A stretch of 64,000 bases of DNA from a bacterium (lineage in GTDB: Bacteria > Hydrothermota > Tepidihabitantia > Tepidihabitantales > Tepidihabitantaceae): NCBI GenBank assembly GCA_046485285.1, contig JAWOHE010000089.1:43432-107431 (forward strand), in the 5' to 3' direction. Below the pieces are notes generated by a model. That model saw nothing but the letters and a program-made list of their open reading frames with translations. It was not told the origin of the DNA and ran no database searches. Positions 1 to 9,465 of this stretch are shown piece after piece (position 1 is the stretch's first letter; every line of letters starts with the position of its first letter). The position numbers were made by a program, and so were the translations under genes.

Positions 1-962
1 GGCGGACGCTGGCACTGACCGGGCTGGGAGCCGAGCTCAAGCGCGGTGGCATCGAGCCGGCGCAGGAGGTCAGCCAGCTGACCCCGGAGCTGCTGGTTTC
101 CGGCAAGTGGCGGGAGGTCGTGTTCAAGCCCTACGACCCGAAGCTCGAGACCGCGCCGGCCTGGCCGGGCAAGGAGCACCCGCTCCAGCGGGTCATCCAG
201 GAGACGCGACGGGCGTTCCTCGAGATGGGTTTCGAGGAGGTCGCGTCGCCGGCGATCGAGACCGAGTTCTGGGACTTCGACGCGCTGTTCCAGCCCCAGG
301 ACCACCCGGCGCGGGAGCTGCAGGACACCTTCTACATCGCCGAGCCGGCGCAGGGCCGCCTGCCGGCCGCCGCGATCGTCGAGCCGGTGCGGCGGACGCA
401 CGAGGACGGCGGTGACACCGGTTCGACCGGCTGGCGCTACCGCTGGAGCGCGGAGAAGGCGCGCAAGCTGGTGATGCGGACGCACACGACCGCGGCGACG
501 ATCCGCGCGCTTGCCGCGAACCCGCGGCCGCCGCGCAAGGTCTTCAGCATCGGCAAGTGCTTCCGGCGCGACGACCTCGACCAGACCCACCTGCCCGAGT
601 TCATCCAGATTGACGGCATTATCATCGACGAGGACGCCAACCTGGCGACGCTGTTCGGCACCCTCGGCGAGTTCTACCGCAAGATGGGCGCGAGGGAAGT
701 GCGGTTCCGGCCGTCGTTCTTCCCCTACACCGAGCCGAGCGCGGAGGTCTACGCCAACCTGCCGGGGCTGGGCTGGGTCGAGATGTGCGGCTCGGGTGTG
801 TTCCGGCCCGAGGTGACCCGGCCGCTGGGTTGCGAGGTGCCGGTGATCGCGTGGGGCGGCGGGCTCGAGCGGGTGGCGATGATGCGCTACGGCCTCGACG
901 ACATCCGCCGGCTCTACTGGTCGGACGTCGACTGGCTGAAACGGAGCGAGCTGTGCCGGTAG
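1..962 (+). CDS. pheS: Phenylalanine--tRNA ligase alpha subunit, archaeal-type; 5' end lies outside the window
   Basis: Frame is open from the window start (..EVSQLTPELLVSGKWREVVFKPYD). Class II aaRS motifs FDALFQPQDHPARELQDTF, MRTHTTA, FRPSFFPYTEPS, GGGLERVAM. Confidence 0.95.
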   Translation, partial: RTLALTGLGAELKRGGIEPAQEVSQLTPELLVSGKWREVVFKPYDPKLETAPAWPGKEHPLQRVIQETRRAFLEMGFEEVASPAIETEFWDFDALFQPQDHPARELQDTFYIAEPAQGRLPAAAIVEPVRRTHEDGGDTGSTGWRYRWSAEKARKLVMRTHTTAATIRALAANPRPPRKVFSIGKCFRRDDLDQTHLPEFIQIDGIIIDEDANLATLFGTLGEFYRKMGAREVRFRPSFFPYTEPSAEVYANLPGLGWVEMCGSGVFRPEVTRPLGCEVPVIAWGGGLERVAMMRYGLDDIRRLYWSDVDWLKRSELCR

Positions 963-2764
963 TCGGGATACCGGTTGAGCGGCTGGCGCGGCTCGTCGGC
1001 CGCGCCGTGCCGCGGGAGGAGCTCCAGCACGCGCTCGAGCAGCTCGGCAACGACGTCGAGGGCTACGCCCGGGTGACGCGTCACGCCTGCGGCCGGTGCG
1101 GCGGGGTGGTCGAGCTGATGGAGCACGAGGAACTGCCGGCCGCCTGCCCTTCGTGCGGCGCCGCGGCGAGCCTCGGCGCGGTCGGCACCGACGAGGTCAT
1201 CCGCATCGCGCTCCTGCCGGTGCGGCCCGACCTCTACGACGTCGCCGGGCTGGCGCGCGCACTGCGCGGCTGGTTCGGAGTCGAGACCGGCCTGCCGGCG
1301 TGGCCGGTGACCCAGTCCGGCTTCCGGGTCGACGTCGCGGCGGGAATGGCGGAGGTCCGGCCGTACATCGTCGCGGCGGTCGTGCGCCGGCTTGCGTTCG
1401 ACGACGAGACGGTGCGGATGGTGATGAAGATGCAGGAGAACCTGCACTGGGCGCTCGGCCGGGACCGGCGCCGGGCGTCGATCGGCGTCTACGATCTCGC
1501 GACGGTCCGGCCACCGTTCCGGTTCCGGCCGGTCGGGCCGGACGAGCTCCGGTTTGCGCCGCTGTTCGGCCTGCCCGACGACCCGCGCGCCCGGCTGACC
1601 CCGCGCGAGGTGCTCGAAAAACACCCGAAGGGGCAGGCCTACGCGCACCTGCTCGCCGGGCTCGCGCGCTACCCGCTGCTCGAGGACGCCGACGGCCGGG
1701 TGCTGTCGATGCCGCCGATAATCAACAGCGACGAGACGCGAGTGACCCGGGCGACGAAGGACTGCCTGATCGACGTGACCGGCCCGGACCAGCCCGCGCT
1801 CGATGCGTGTCTTGCGGTGCTGGTGACCGCGCTCGCCGAGCTCGGCGGGCGGATCGAGTCGGTCGCGGTGCGCTACCCGGGCGGCGAGGATGTCGCGACG
1901 CCCGACCTCTCGCCCCGGCCGCGGACGCTCGACCCGGCGGCCTGCGCGCGGGTCACCGGGCTCGCGCTCTCGGCCGAGGAGACCGCCCGGGCGCTCGAGC
2001 GGATGCGCTACGGCGCGCGCGCCGAGGACGGAACGGTGCGGCTCGATGTGCCGGCCCACCGCTCGGACGTGATGCACGACTGCGACGTGTTCGAGGACGT
2101 CGCGATCGGCCGCGGCTACGAGCGGATCCGGCCGCGGCTCGTGCCGACGATGACCGCCAGCCGGCCGCTCGCGCGCGAGGAGCTCGCGGCGCGGGCGCGG
2201 CGGGTGCTGACCGGGCTCGGGCTGTTCGAGGTGATGACGCTGGTGCTGACCAACGCCTGCGAGCAGTTCGAACTGCTCGGGGTGCCGGAGCCGGCGCACC
2301 CGGCCGTCGCGAACCCGCTAAACGTCGAGCAGGCGATGCCACGCGCGCACCTGCTGACCGGCCTGCTGGCGACTTTCCGCGGCAATGTCACCCGCGAGAT
2401 GCCCCAGCGCGTGTTCGAGGTCGGCGAGTGCTTCGAGCTCGACCCGCGGGCCGAGACCGGGTGCCGGACGATGCTCAGGGTCGCGGCCGGGGTCGCCGGC
2501 CCGCGGGCGGGGTTTGCCGAGGTGCGGGCGCTGGCCGCGGCGCTGGCGCGGGAGCTGTGCGCGGAGCCGGAGTTCGAGGCGGCCGAGCACCCGGCATACA
2601 TCCCCGGCCGCTGCGCCCGCATCCTCCTGCCGCGGGCCGGCCAGCGCGGGCCGGCCGGGACGGTCGGGGAAATCCACCCGCAGGTGCTCGAGAACTTCGG
2701 GCTCGGCCAGCCGGTGGCGGTCTTCGAGCTTGACCTGTCTTTGCTGGAGGTGAACGATGCCTAA
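953..2764 (+). CDS. pheT: Phenylalanine--tRNA ligase beta subunit, archaeal-type short form with a Cys4 insertion
   Basis: GTG start overlaps the pheS end (MPVVGIP). Motifs RPDL, RPYIVAAVVR, QENLHWALGRDRRRASIGVYDL, SMPPIINS, GEIHPQVLENFGL. No OB-fold or C-terminal anticodon-binding domain. Confidence 0.93.
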   Translation: MPVVGIPVERLARLVGRAVPREELQHALEQLGNDVEGYARVTRHACGRCGGVVELMEHEELPAACPSCGAAASLGAVGTDEVIRIALLPVRPDLYDVAGLARALRGWFGVETGLPAWPVTQSGFRVDVAAGMAEVRPYIVAAVVRRLAFDDETVRMVMKMQENLHWALGRDRRRASIGVYDLATVRPPFRFRPVGPDELRFAPLFGLPDDPRARLTPREVLEKHPKGQAYAHLLAGLARYPLLEDADGRVLSMPPIINSDETRVTRATKDCLIDVTGPDQPALDACLAVLVTALAELGGRIESVAVRYPGGEDVATPDLSPRPRTLDPAACARVTGLALSAEETARALERMRYGARAEDGTVRLDVPAHRSDVMHDCDVFEDVAIGRGYERIRPRLVPTMTASRPLAREELAARARRVLTGLGLFEVMTLVLTNACEQFELLGVPEPAHPAVANPLNVEQAMPRAHLLTGLLATFRGNVTREMPQRVFEVGECFELDPRAETGCRTMLRVAAGVAGPRAGFAEVRALAAALARELCAEPEFEAAEHPAYIPGRCARILLPRAGQRGPAGTVGEIHPQVLENFGLGQPVAVFELDLSLLEVNDA

Positions 2765-3308
2765 GTGCCCGCATTGTGGAGAACCTTACCGCTACGGCCA
2801 GGAGAAATGCTACGCCTGCGGCGAGCCGGTCAAAGGCCGGGGTGGACGAGGCGCAGGCGCCGTCAACCCGCTGGTCTTCGTGGTCGCGGGCGGGCTGGTC
2901 CTGATCGCCGTGGTCGGCATCGTGCTGGTCTGGAACAACCGCCGGGAGGCGGCGCGGGAGCGGGCCGCCGAGATCGAGCAGCAGCGCGTGCGCGACTCGG
3001 TGCGCCAGGCTGATCTTGACCGGCGGTTTGCCCTGCGCCAGAGCCGGAAGGAGGAGGGTGTCGGGGCGGTGATCGCCGACCTCGAATACCGCCTGAGCCG
3101 GCTGACGAGCAAGGCCGACCGGGGCCAGGTATCGGCCGAGAAGGCCGAGCTTGTCAGCGAGGCCGAGCGCCGCATCAACGAGCTCAAGGTCCGGCTCGCG
3201 TCGATGGCGGGCAAGTTGGAGGTGGAGCAGGAGGCGGCCGCGGATACGGTCCGGGCCCAGGCGGTCGAGATCCGTGACCTGCTCTCGAAGATCAGCCGGA
3301 CGCGCTAG
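2757..3308 (+). CDS. Zinc-ribbon, single-TM, coiled-coil hypothetical protein
   Basis: CPHC..CYAC at the N-terminus, then a hydrophobic helix and a charged helical tail; overlaps the pheT stop. Confidence 0.75.
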   Translation: MPKCPHCGEPYRYGQEKCYACGEPVKGRGGRGAGAVNPLVFVVAGGLVLIAVVGIVLVWNNRREAARERAAEIEQQRVRDSVRQADLDRRFALRQSRKEEGVGAVIADLEYRLSRLTSKADRGQVSAEKAELVSEAERRINELKVRLASMAGKLEVEQEAAADTVRAQAVEIRDLLSKISRTR

Positions 3309-3317
3309 CGCCCGGGG

Positions 3318-3824
3318 CTAGAACGGCGCGAAGCCGGCCGCGTTCCAGTAATCGTCACGCAGGAGCCGGGACTGGCGCTCGAGCGCCGCGGCGTGACCTT
3401 CCTCCCAGCGGACCAGCCTCTCGAAGAACTGCCTGAGCTCGGGGGAGGCGGCCCGGGCAGCGAGGTCGCGGTAGCGGGCGATGCTGGCCTCCTCGAGCTG
3501 GAGCCCGACCGAGAGCGCGGTCATCTCCCAGTGCGCCTCGCCGATGCGCGACCGGAGCTCGTCGGAGAAGATCGGGCTCGGGCCACCGAGTTCGGCGCCG
3601 GTATCGGATATGAGCGGCTCGGGCGGGCGCCCGGCGGCGAGCAGCCGGTACTGCTCACGGAGAAAGTCGAGGTGCCGGGCCTCCTCGACGGCGAGCATCA
3701 GGAAGACCTCGCTGCCCCTCGGGTCGGTGGTCCTGCCGGCGGCGGCCGAGTAGAACTGGTTGCCGGCCTGCTCGGCGAGCATCGCTTCCCGGATGCCGGC
3801 GATGATACCAAGATCGGTTTTCAC
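3318..3824 (-). CDS. Ferritin-like / rubrerythrin-family protein
   Basis: GTG start after AAGGAG; two ExxH diiron-type motifs (EEARH, EEGH) with E..FY / E..Y helices. Confidence 0.85.
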   Translation of the reverse strand: MKTDLGIIAGIREAMLAEQAGNQFYSAAAGRTTDPRGSEVFLMLAVEEARHLDFLREQYRLLAAGRPPEPLISDTGAELGGPSPIFSDELRSRIGEAHWEMTALSVGLQLEEASIARYRDLAARAASPELRQFFERLVRWEEGHAAALERQSRLLRDDYWNAAGFAPF

Positions 3825-3976
3825 GGCAGTCTCCTTCGGTTCGTCGTCACGCTGAGTCCGACCTGAGGATAGGCGAATCGCGGCCGCGGTCAACGTCACC
3901 GCGCTTGACAGCGGCAGGCGGGGAGGGTAGCCTGTTCGAGCCGGGGGGCATGAGTCCCGCCCGGCGGGAGGCAACA

Positions 3977-4627
3977 ATGAGATGCTCTGTCCTCGCCGCA
4001 CCGCTCGCGTTGGCGTTCGTGGTCGGCTGCGGGACGATGACCGCGGTCCGGCCACTGCGCGCGGGCGAGTCGGCGGCCGCATTGTCGCTGGGCGGGCCGG
4101 TCGCGCGGGTCGCCGGTTTCGACATCCCGCTACCCTACGTCACCGCCCGCTACCGGTACGGCGCCAGCGACCGGCTCGGGCTCAGCGCCGGCTGGCACGT
4201 CACGCCGGCGGTTCTCGGAGTCGCGTCGTTCGACGCCGCGATGAGCTACGTCCTGCTCGACCAGCGCGGGTTCCTGCCCGCGGCCGGCGTCGCCGTCGGC
4301 GTCACCGCCCACATCGAGCCGGCCGGGCCGTCGCGGCTGTTTCCGAATCTCGACCTCGCGGCAGCCTGGCGCTACGGGGGCAGGTTCACGAGCTACCTCG
4401 GGATCCAGAGCATGTACCAGCTCAGCCGCGAACCCTATGCCGCCTTCGCGCCGCTGGTCGGCCAGGCGGTTGAATTCGGGCGGTTCGGGCTCGGCGTCGA
4501 GGCCAAGTGGTACGCGCCGACGGAGAACACCGAGCCGCGCCAGGTCGAGTACCGGATACCGATCGCCGGCAAGGGCGCGGTCGGCTTCGTGCTCGGCGCG
4601 GACTGGCGCTGGGGAGGTGCGAGGTGA
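3977..4627 (+). CDS. Hypothetical lipoprotein with beta-barrel-like strands
   Basis: GGAGG RBS, lipobox VVGC, alternating hydrophobic strands; TTGACA promoter at 3905. Confidence 0.7.
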   Translation: MRCSVLAAPLALAFVVGCGTMTAVRPLRAGESAAALSLGGPVARVAGFDIPLPYVTARYRYGASDRLGLSAGWHVTPAVLGVASFDAAMSYVLLDQRGFLPAAGVAVGVTAHIEPAGPSRLFPNLDLAAAWRYGGRFTSYLGIQSMYQLSREPYAAFAPLVGQAVEFGRFGLGVEAKWYAPTENTEPRQVEYRIPIAGKGAVGFVLGADWRWGGAR

Positions 4628-5523
4628 CGCGGCGGCTCGCGGTGCTCGCGCTGGCCGGGCTCGTCGTCGTCGCCTGCTTCAGGCTCGACAGCTTCCTGTT
4701 CCACCCGGACCGGCTCGAGCGCTACCTCGTGCCCGAGGACGTCGACGCGAACTGGCGCGTGCGGTTCGTCATCCCGGACTCGCTCTACGAGGAGGTCGAG
4801 CTCTCGAGCACGGGCGGCAACCGGATCTACGGGTTCTTCATCCGGCCGGCCGAGAGCGAGAGGGGGCCGTCGCTCGCGAACCGGACGACGGTCATCTACG
4901 CCCACGGCAACTGGCACTCGATCAACCGTTACTGGGGCCGGGCCGAACTGCTCTGGGAAGCGGGCTGCCGGGTGTTCATCTACGACTACCAGGGCTACGG
5001 CCGGAGCGAGGGCAGCCCGTCGGGCGCGGGCTGCTACGACGACGCCCGGGCCGCGCTCGACTACTGCCGGTCGCGGGACGACGTCGAGGACAGCATGATT
5101 GTCTTCTACGGCTGGTCGCTCGGAACCTTCATGACTTGCCACTCGGCCGCCGACCTCTGCCGCGATAGCGTCCCTTACCTCGGCGTCGTGCTCGAAACGC
5201 CGCTCGCCTCGATGTCGTCGATCGCCCGCGAGGGCGCGGTGCTCGACATCCCGGGCAGCTACCTGGCCGACGCCGACTTCGACAACGAGTCGCGCATTGG
5301 CCGTATCGGAAGGCCGGTGCTGCTGCTGCGGGCCGAGTTCGACTCGTCGTCGGTCTACGAGCGCAACTCGAAGCCGCTGGTCGAGACCGCCCGGCGACGG
5401 GGCGTAGACCTCGAGGACCGGATGGTACCCGGCGCGGTCCACGACGACGTCCCGGAGGCGATGGGATACGAGGCGTACCGGCAACTGGTGCGGGAGTTCG
5501 TCAGCTACTGCGCAGCGCGCTAG
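4624..5523 (+). CDS. Alpha/beta hydrolase lipoprotein (ABHD-like)
   Basis: GTGA overlap with the upstream stop; lipobox VVAC; HGN, DYQGYGRSEG, GWSLG nucleophile elbow, C-terminal His. Confidence 0.88.
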   Translation: MTRRLAVLALAGLVVVACFRLDSFLFHPDRLERYLVPEDVDANWRVRFVIPDSLYEEVELSSTGGNRIYGFFIRPAESERGPSLANRTTVIYAHGNWHSINRYWGRAELLWEAGCRVFIYDYQGYGRSEGSPSGAGCYDDARAALDYCRSRDDVEDSMIVFYGWSLGTFMTCHSAADLCRDSVPYLGVVLETPLASMSSIAREGAVLDIPGSYLADADFDNESRIGRIGRPVLLLRAEFDSSSVYERNSKPLVETARRRGVDLEDRMVPGAVHDDVPEAMGYEAYRQLVREFVSYCAAR

Positions 5524-5547
5524 CGCTGAGCCGGCGGGCGGGACGGG

Positions 5548-5913
5548 CTAGAATGGCTGGCCGGTGCGCCGGTCGCGCAGCCACTTGAGCGCGGCGGCGT
5601 AGCGCGGGCTCTGGGCGGCCCAGTCGCGCAACTGGCGGCAGGGGAGCTCCGGGCAGTCAGAGCAGTGGTTGCGGCCGTGCTCGCTGGCACAGCACGCGAG
5701 AATCCAGCAGTCCGGGTTCCAGTGCTCATCGCGCGGGCCGTGACAGCCGGAACAGCGCACCTGCCCGGGCTCGACCTCGAGTTTGAGGTTGTCGCGGAAC
5801 CATGCGGCGAGCCCTTTCTGCAGTTCGCGGTTGCCGGCCGCGGTCCGGAGCCGGCACTCACTGCAGTTGAGCCCGCAGCAGGCGATGGAATCGACCTTCT
5901 TCCGGGTCCTCAA
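5548..5913 (-). CDS. Cys-rich DUF3795-like protein
   Basis: IACCGLNCSEC..CSGC..CWILACC..HCSDCPELPC pattern. Confidence 0.8.
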   Translation of the reverse strand: MRTRKKVDSIACCGLNCSECRLRTAAGNRELQKGLAAWFRDNLKLEVEPGQVRCSGCHGPRDEHWNPDCWILACCASEHGRNHCSDCPELPCRQLRDWAAQSPRYAAALKWLRDRRTGQPF

Positions 5914-6119
5914 GACTTCTCAGTCGCGACCCGGTACGGGGGGTTGCAGACGCACGATATATGATAGCCCGGGCCGGGGCAATGTCCAATCGCCCTCCCC
6001 CTCGGCCGCCCCTGCGCCCGGCCGGGTTGACAGATCGGGTCGGACCGCAATGCTGGCGCACGATGATCAGGGCTCCCGCGTCGGACTCGCTCGAGCGGCT
6101 GGTCAGACCTTCGACCGCA

Positions 6120-6217
6120 CCGTCGCGACGGGCAAGGCGATTGACGCGCTGGTGTATGAGTTGTATGGGCTGACGGAGGAGGATGGCAGGATCGCGGAGG
6201 GGTTGGCGGAGAAGTAA
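6120..6217 (+). pseudogene. Remnant of a Type IIG restriction-modification / N6-methyltransferase C-terminus
   Basis: Encodes KAIDALVYELYGLTEEDGRIAEG*, the typical IIG tail, with no upstream body. Confidence 0.65.
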
Positions 6218-6262
6218 TCGCCGGGACCGGGGGACTGGCCCCGGGTAACCAAAGGAGGAATC

Positions 6263-6806
6263 GTGTTGGTAATACATCTGACGATACCGTCCGGCCTGCT
6301 GGTGCTGGCCACGGTCGGCGCGCTGGCGCATTGCGACACGATGGGCGGACCTGTGGTCGGGGAGGCCCGGGATGCCCTGGCCAGGGGCAACGCGACCCAG
6401 GTGCTGAAGAGGGTGAAGCCTGAAGCCGAACCATAGGTGACGGCCGCATTCGAGAAGGCCCGGGCCGTGCGCACGAAGGGCAAGGACGCGCAGGAGCTTG
6501 CGGACAGGCACTTCCTCGAGACGCTCGTCCGCGTCCACCGCGCGGGCGAGGGCGCTCCATACACCGGGCTCAAGGATGAGCCGGTGGAGCCGATTGTCGC
6601 CAGGACCGACGAGGCCCTGACCGCAGGATCCGTTGGCGAGGTAATCGGCCTGCTTACCGCCGCCCTTGAATAGGGCGGCCGCGCGGCAGAACGAGAGCGT
6701 GGCGTTGGGCCGGGGGTACGTCGAGGCGTATGTCGAGTTCGCGCACTACGTCGAGCGCCTGCACCGTGACATCAAGTCCGGGGCCGCACACACCCACGAG
6801 CACTAG
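6263..6806 (+). pseudogene. DUF6448-like secreted protein, disrupted
   Basis: AGGAGG RBS plus signal peptide; HCDTMGGPVV..FLETLVRVHRAGEGAPYTGLK..GRGYVEAYVEFAHYVE. In-frame TAG at 6434 and 6671, then a frameshift or deletion. Confidence 0.75.
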
Positions 6807-6876
6807 GATGGGAAGGCAACGCGGGTCAGCGGCGCGCTGACCCGCTGAGCCCGGCGGGCGGGTGGCCGCCAGGCCC

Positions 6877-6990
6877 ACTGAACCGGGCCCGCACCGTACC
6901 CCCACCCGCACTCCCAGTGCTACTCCCCCAGTAACTCCCAGGGTTACTGGGGGAGCAATACCGGGTATGGGGGGAGGGTAGGGGGGTCCG
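6877..6990 (+). repeat. Short copy of the dispersed 12-bp-period minisatellite element
   Basis: Leader actgaaccgggcccg..ccccacccgcactccc; units ctcccagtgcta/ctcccccagtaa/ctcccagggtta/ctgggggagcaa; G-rich end gggtatggggggaggg. Confidence 0.7.
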
Positions 6991-7121
6991 AAATCGGCTA
7001 ACCGGCCATATTACCAGGATTTAGGTTGCATGCCCGAGAACGCCCGAATTGCGTCCGGACGCAATTCGCCGACCGAAAATCCGGGGCAGGCGCCGGGCGC
7101 GGGTTGGAGGCGGGCCGGAGG

Positions 7122-8354
7122 CTAGTTGCCGGTGTCGGCGCAGTCCTGGCCGGAGAAGCGGGCCTGGTAGGCTTCCCAGGCCTCGCGGCGGATGCGCTCC
7201 ATCTCGCAGATGGCGTGCCAGGACTCGTCCTGGCGGCCGAGGAAGAGCAGGGCGTCGGCGAGGGTGACGTAGGCCTGCTGGGCGTTGGGGTCGAGCCGGA
7301 TTGCCCGTCGGCTGGAGCTGATTGCGAGGCGGAGGTGGCCGCGGCGGAGGTGGAGGTCGCCGAGCATCGCGATTGCCCCGGCATCCTCGGGCACGAGCCG
7401 GGTGAGCCGGCGCGCGGTGCGGGCGGCGTCGTCGAGCCGGCCGGCCTCGCAGTAGGCCCGGCTGAGCCGGGCGAGGACGTCGGGGTCGTCCGGTTCCTCG
7501 CGAGCGAGCCGCTCGAGGGCGGCGATGGCCTCCGGTCGCATGTTGAAGTGTTCGTAGAAGCCGCTGGTCAGCTCCGGGGAGTCGCCGAAGCGCTGGGCGA
7601 TTTCGCCGTAGAGGTCGATGGCGTCGTCGGAGCGGTTGAGGCGGCGCAGGCAGTCGAGGAGGTAGAAGTGACCGGCCGGTTCGTCGGGCTCGTCGTTGAC
7701 CGCGCGGGCGAACTCGCCGGCGGCCTGCTCGATCATTCCCTCGTGGTAGTAGTCGCGGCCGAGTTTCTGGTGGGGGTTCTCGATGTCCGGCGCGACCTCG
7801 CGGGCGCGGGAGTACAGGGCGAGCGCGGAGTCGTACTCGCCGTCCATCGCGTAGAAGCCGCCGAGCGAGACGAGCGCGCGGACATTGTCGGGCTCGCGCT
7901 CGAGCGCGCGCCGGCACGCGGCGACGCCCTTGTCGCGCTCGCCGGAGTATTCGTGGACGACGCCGAGGCCGAGGATGAGCTCGAGCCGGTCGGGCAGCTC
8001 GGCGAGCGCGCCCTCGATGAGGTCCTCGGCGCGCGAGAAGTTGGCGAGGAAGAGGTAGCGGATGCCCTCGCAAGCCCGGGTCCAGGGGTTGCGGCGGTCG
8101 AGCTCGCGGGCGTGGGAGCAGAGCTGTTCGAGGGTGTCTTCCCGAGTGACGATCTGCGCGCAGAGGGCGGCGAGGTAGTGGGCGCGGAGGTCGTCGGGCG
8201 AGTACTCGAGCGCCTCGAGAAACAGCCCGAGCGCCTCGTCCTCGCGCTCGCGGTAGAACTCGGCGAGGCCGCGCTCGATGAGGCCGCTCGCGGTCGCGAT
8301 CGACGGCCGGAGCCGGGACCGGGTGCCGCGCCGGGCAGGGGCAGGAGAGTCCAT
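7122..8354 (-). CDS. Tetratricopeptide-repeat protein
   Basis: Multiple TPR helices (A..LG..Y...G....A); TTGCCA-17-TACAAT promoter at 8365-8393. The long 5' extension in the ORF track is spurious. Confidence 0.88.
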   Translation of the reverse strand: MDSPAPARRGTRSRLRPSIATASGLIERGLAEFYREREDEALGLFLEALEYSPDDLRAHYLAALCAQIVTREDTLEQLCSHARELDRRNPWTRACEGIRYLFLANFSRAEDLIEGALAELPDRLELILGLGVVHEYSGERDKGVAACRRALEREPDNVRALVSLGGFYAMDGEYDSALALYSRAREVAPDIENPHQKLGRDYYHEGMIEQAAGEFARAVNDEPDEPAGHFYLLDCLRRLNRSDDAIDLYGEIAQRFGDSPELTSGFYEHFNMRPEAIAALERLAREEPDDPDVLARLSRAYCEAGRLDDAARTARRLTRLVPEDAGAIAMLGDLHLRRGHLRLAISSSRRAIRLDPNAQQAYVTLADALLFLGRQDESWHAICEMERIRREAWEAYQARFSGQDCADTGN

Positions 8355-8407
8355 CACCGCCAATATTGTAGCCGGGCCGGGGCGGTCTGGCAACTGCCGG
8401 CGCGGGA

Positions 8408-8435
8408 TTGACAGATTTCCGGCCGGTGTTAGACT
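8408..8435 (+). promoter_or_regulatory. sigma70-type promoter for the candidate selenoprotein gene
   Basis: TTGACA-16-TAGACT, followed by the RBS AAGGGAGAG. Confidence 0.6.
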
Positions 8436-8468
8436 TGGTCGTTTGCCGACAACCAGAAGGGAGAGCCG

Positions 8469-9458
8469 ATGCCGACAATGCGCAAGGCCGCCGTCGCGGC
8501 GCTGCTGCTGCCGCTCGTCGCGGGCGCGGCGAGCATCTGTGTCTGGAACTACGACCCGCTGGACCGGTTCTTCGACCCGGCGGTCGGGGATTCGATTGAC
8601 TGCAGTTACTGGGTCGAGCGGGTGCTGTCCGAGCAGGGCCACTCGGTCGAGGTACACGACAGCTACCTGCCCGGGGACATCACGGGCTACGACCTGGTGT
8701 TCTGCCTGATGGGCTGGTACCGGTGCTGAGGGGACAACTGCACCGTCGGTTCGACGGAGCGTACCAGCCTGATAGCATTCCTTCATTCCGGCAAGGCGGT
8801 CTACGCCGAGGGTGGGGACTTCGGCTATTCGAACCGCAGCAATGAGTTCTGGCCCTACTTCGGCTGCAGTTACCTCGGCGACGGCAACGCCTCGGCCAAC
8901 GTCCAGAGCCTGACCGGCGTGGCCGGGACGTTCGCCGCGGGACTCGCCTTCGGGCATGCCTACGGCGAACCGCCCGACGCCTGGGTCGACGAGATCGGGG
9001 AGGACGGCGGCACGCTGTTCCTGCGCGACCAGTCCGGCGTCGGCCGGGCGATTCATTACTCGAACTCGAACTGGCGAACCGCGTTCTCGGCGCCGGTCTT
9101 CGGGGCGATCCGGCCGACCGACCGAACCGACCTGATGCGTGGGATCACGAACTTCCTTCTCGACGGAACCGCGGTTGGTGAGCGGCCGGGCGCGGCCGGG
9201 CCAGCCGGATTCACGGTCGCGCCGAACCCGGCGCGGCCGGGCCAGCCGGTCCGAGTGCGGGTGCCGGCCGGGACGGGCAGGGTGACGGTCCACGATGCCT
9301 CGGGCCGGACCGTTGCGACGCTCGAACCGGACCACGCCGGCGTGGCGAGTTGGAGCTGCCTCAGGCCGGACGGCCGGGCGGTGCCGGCAGGCGCGTACTT
9401 CGTGCGCGCGGCGACGGGCGGCCAGACCCTGGGCCGCACGCTGGTGCTGGCTCGGTAG
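8469..9458 (+). CDS. Secreted protein with sorting CTD and in-frame TGA at 8727-8729; candidate selenoprotein (~329 aa)
   Basis: ORFs 8469-8729 and 8919-9458 share a frame with no other stop. Signal peptide, continuous alpha/beta domain (YDLVFCLMGWYRC*GDNC..LIAFLHSGKAVYAEGGD), CTD (PNP..DASGR..GAYFVRA). Confidence 0.75.
8740..8760 (+). promoter_or_regulatory. Putative bacterial SECIS hairpin
   Basis: GC-A-CCGTCG[GTT]CGACGG-A-GC starts at +11 after the TGA; G/GU-containing apical loop ~19-20 nt downstream. Confidence 0.6.
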
Positions 9459-9465
9459 CGGGGAT

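Noticed and set aside
6263-6806. In-frame TAG codons as pyrrolysine or stop-codon recoding
   Set aside because: The gene also has a frameshift or deletion after the second TAG, and TAG ends many intact genes here, so it is a pseudogene.
8727-8729. Genome-wide TGA reassignment (code 4 or 25)
   Set aside because: Conserved genes such as pheT, tldD and the M28 peptidase end in TGA at the expected positions, and several TGA stops form GTGA/ATGA overlaps with the next start.
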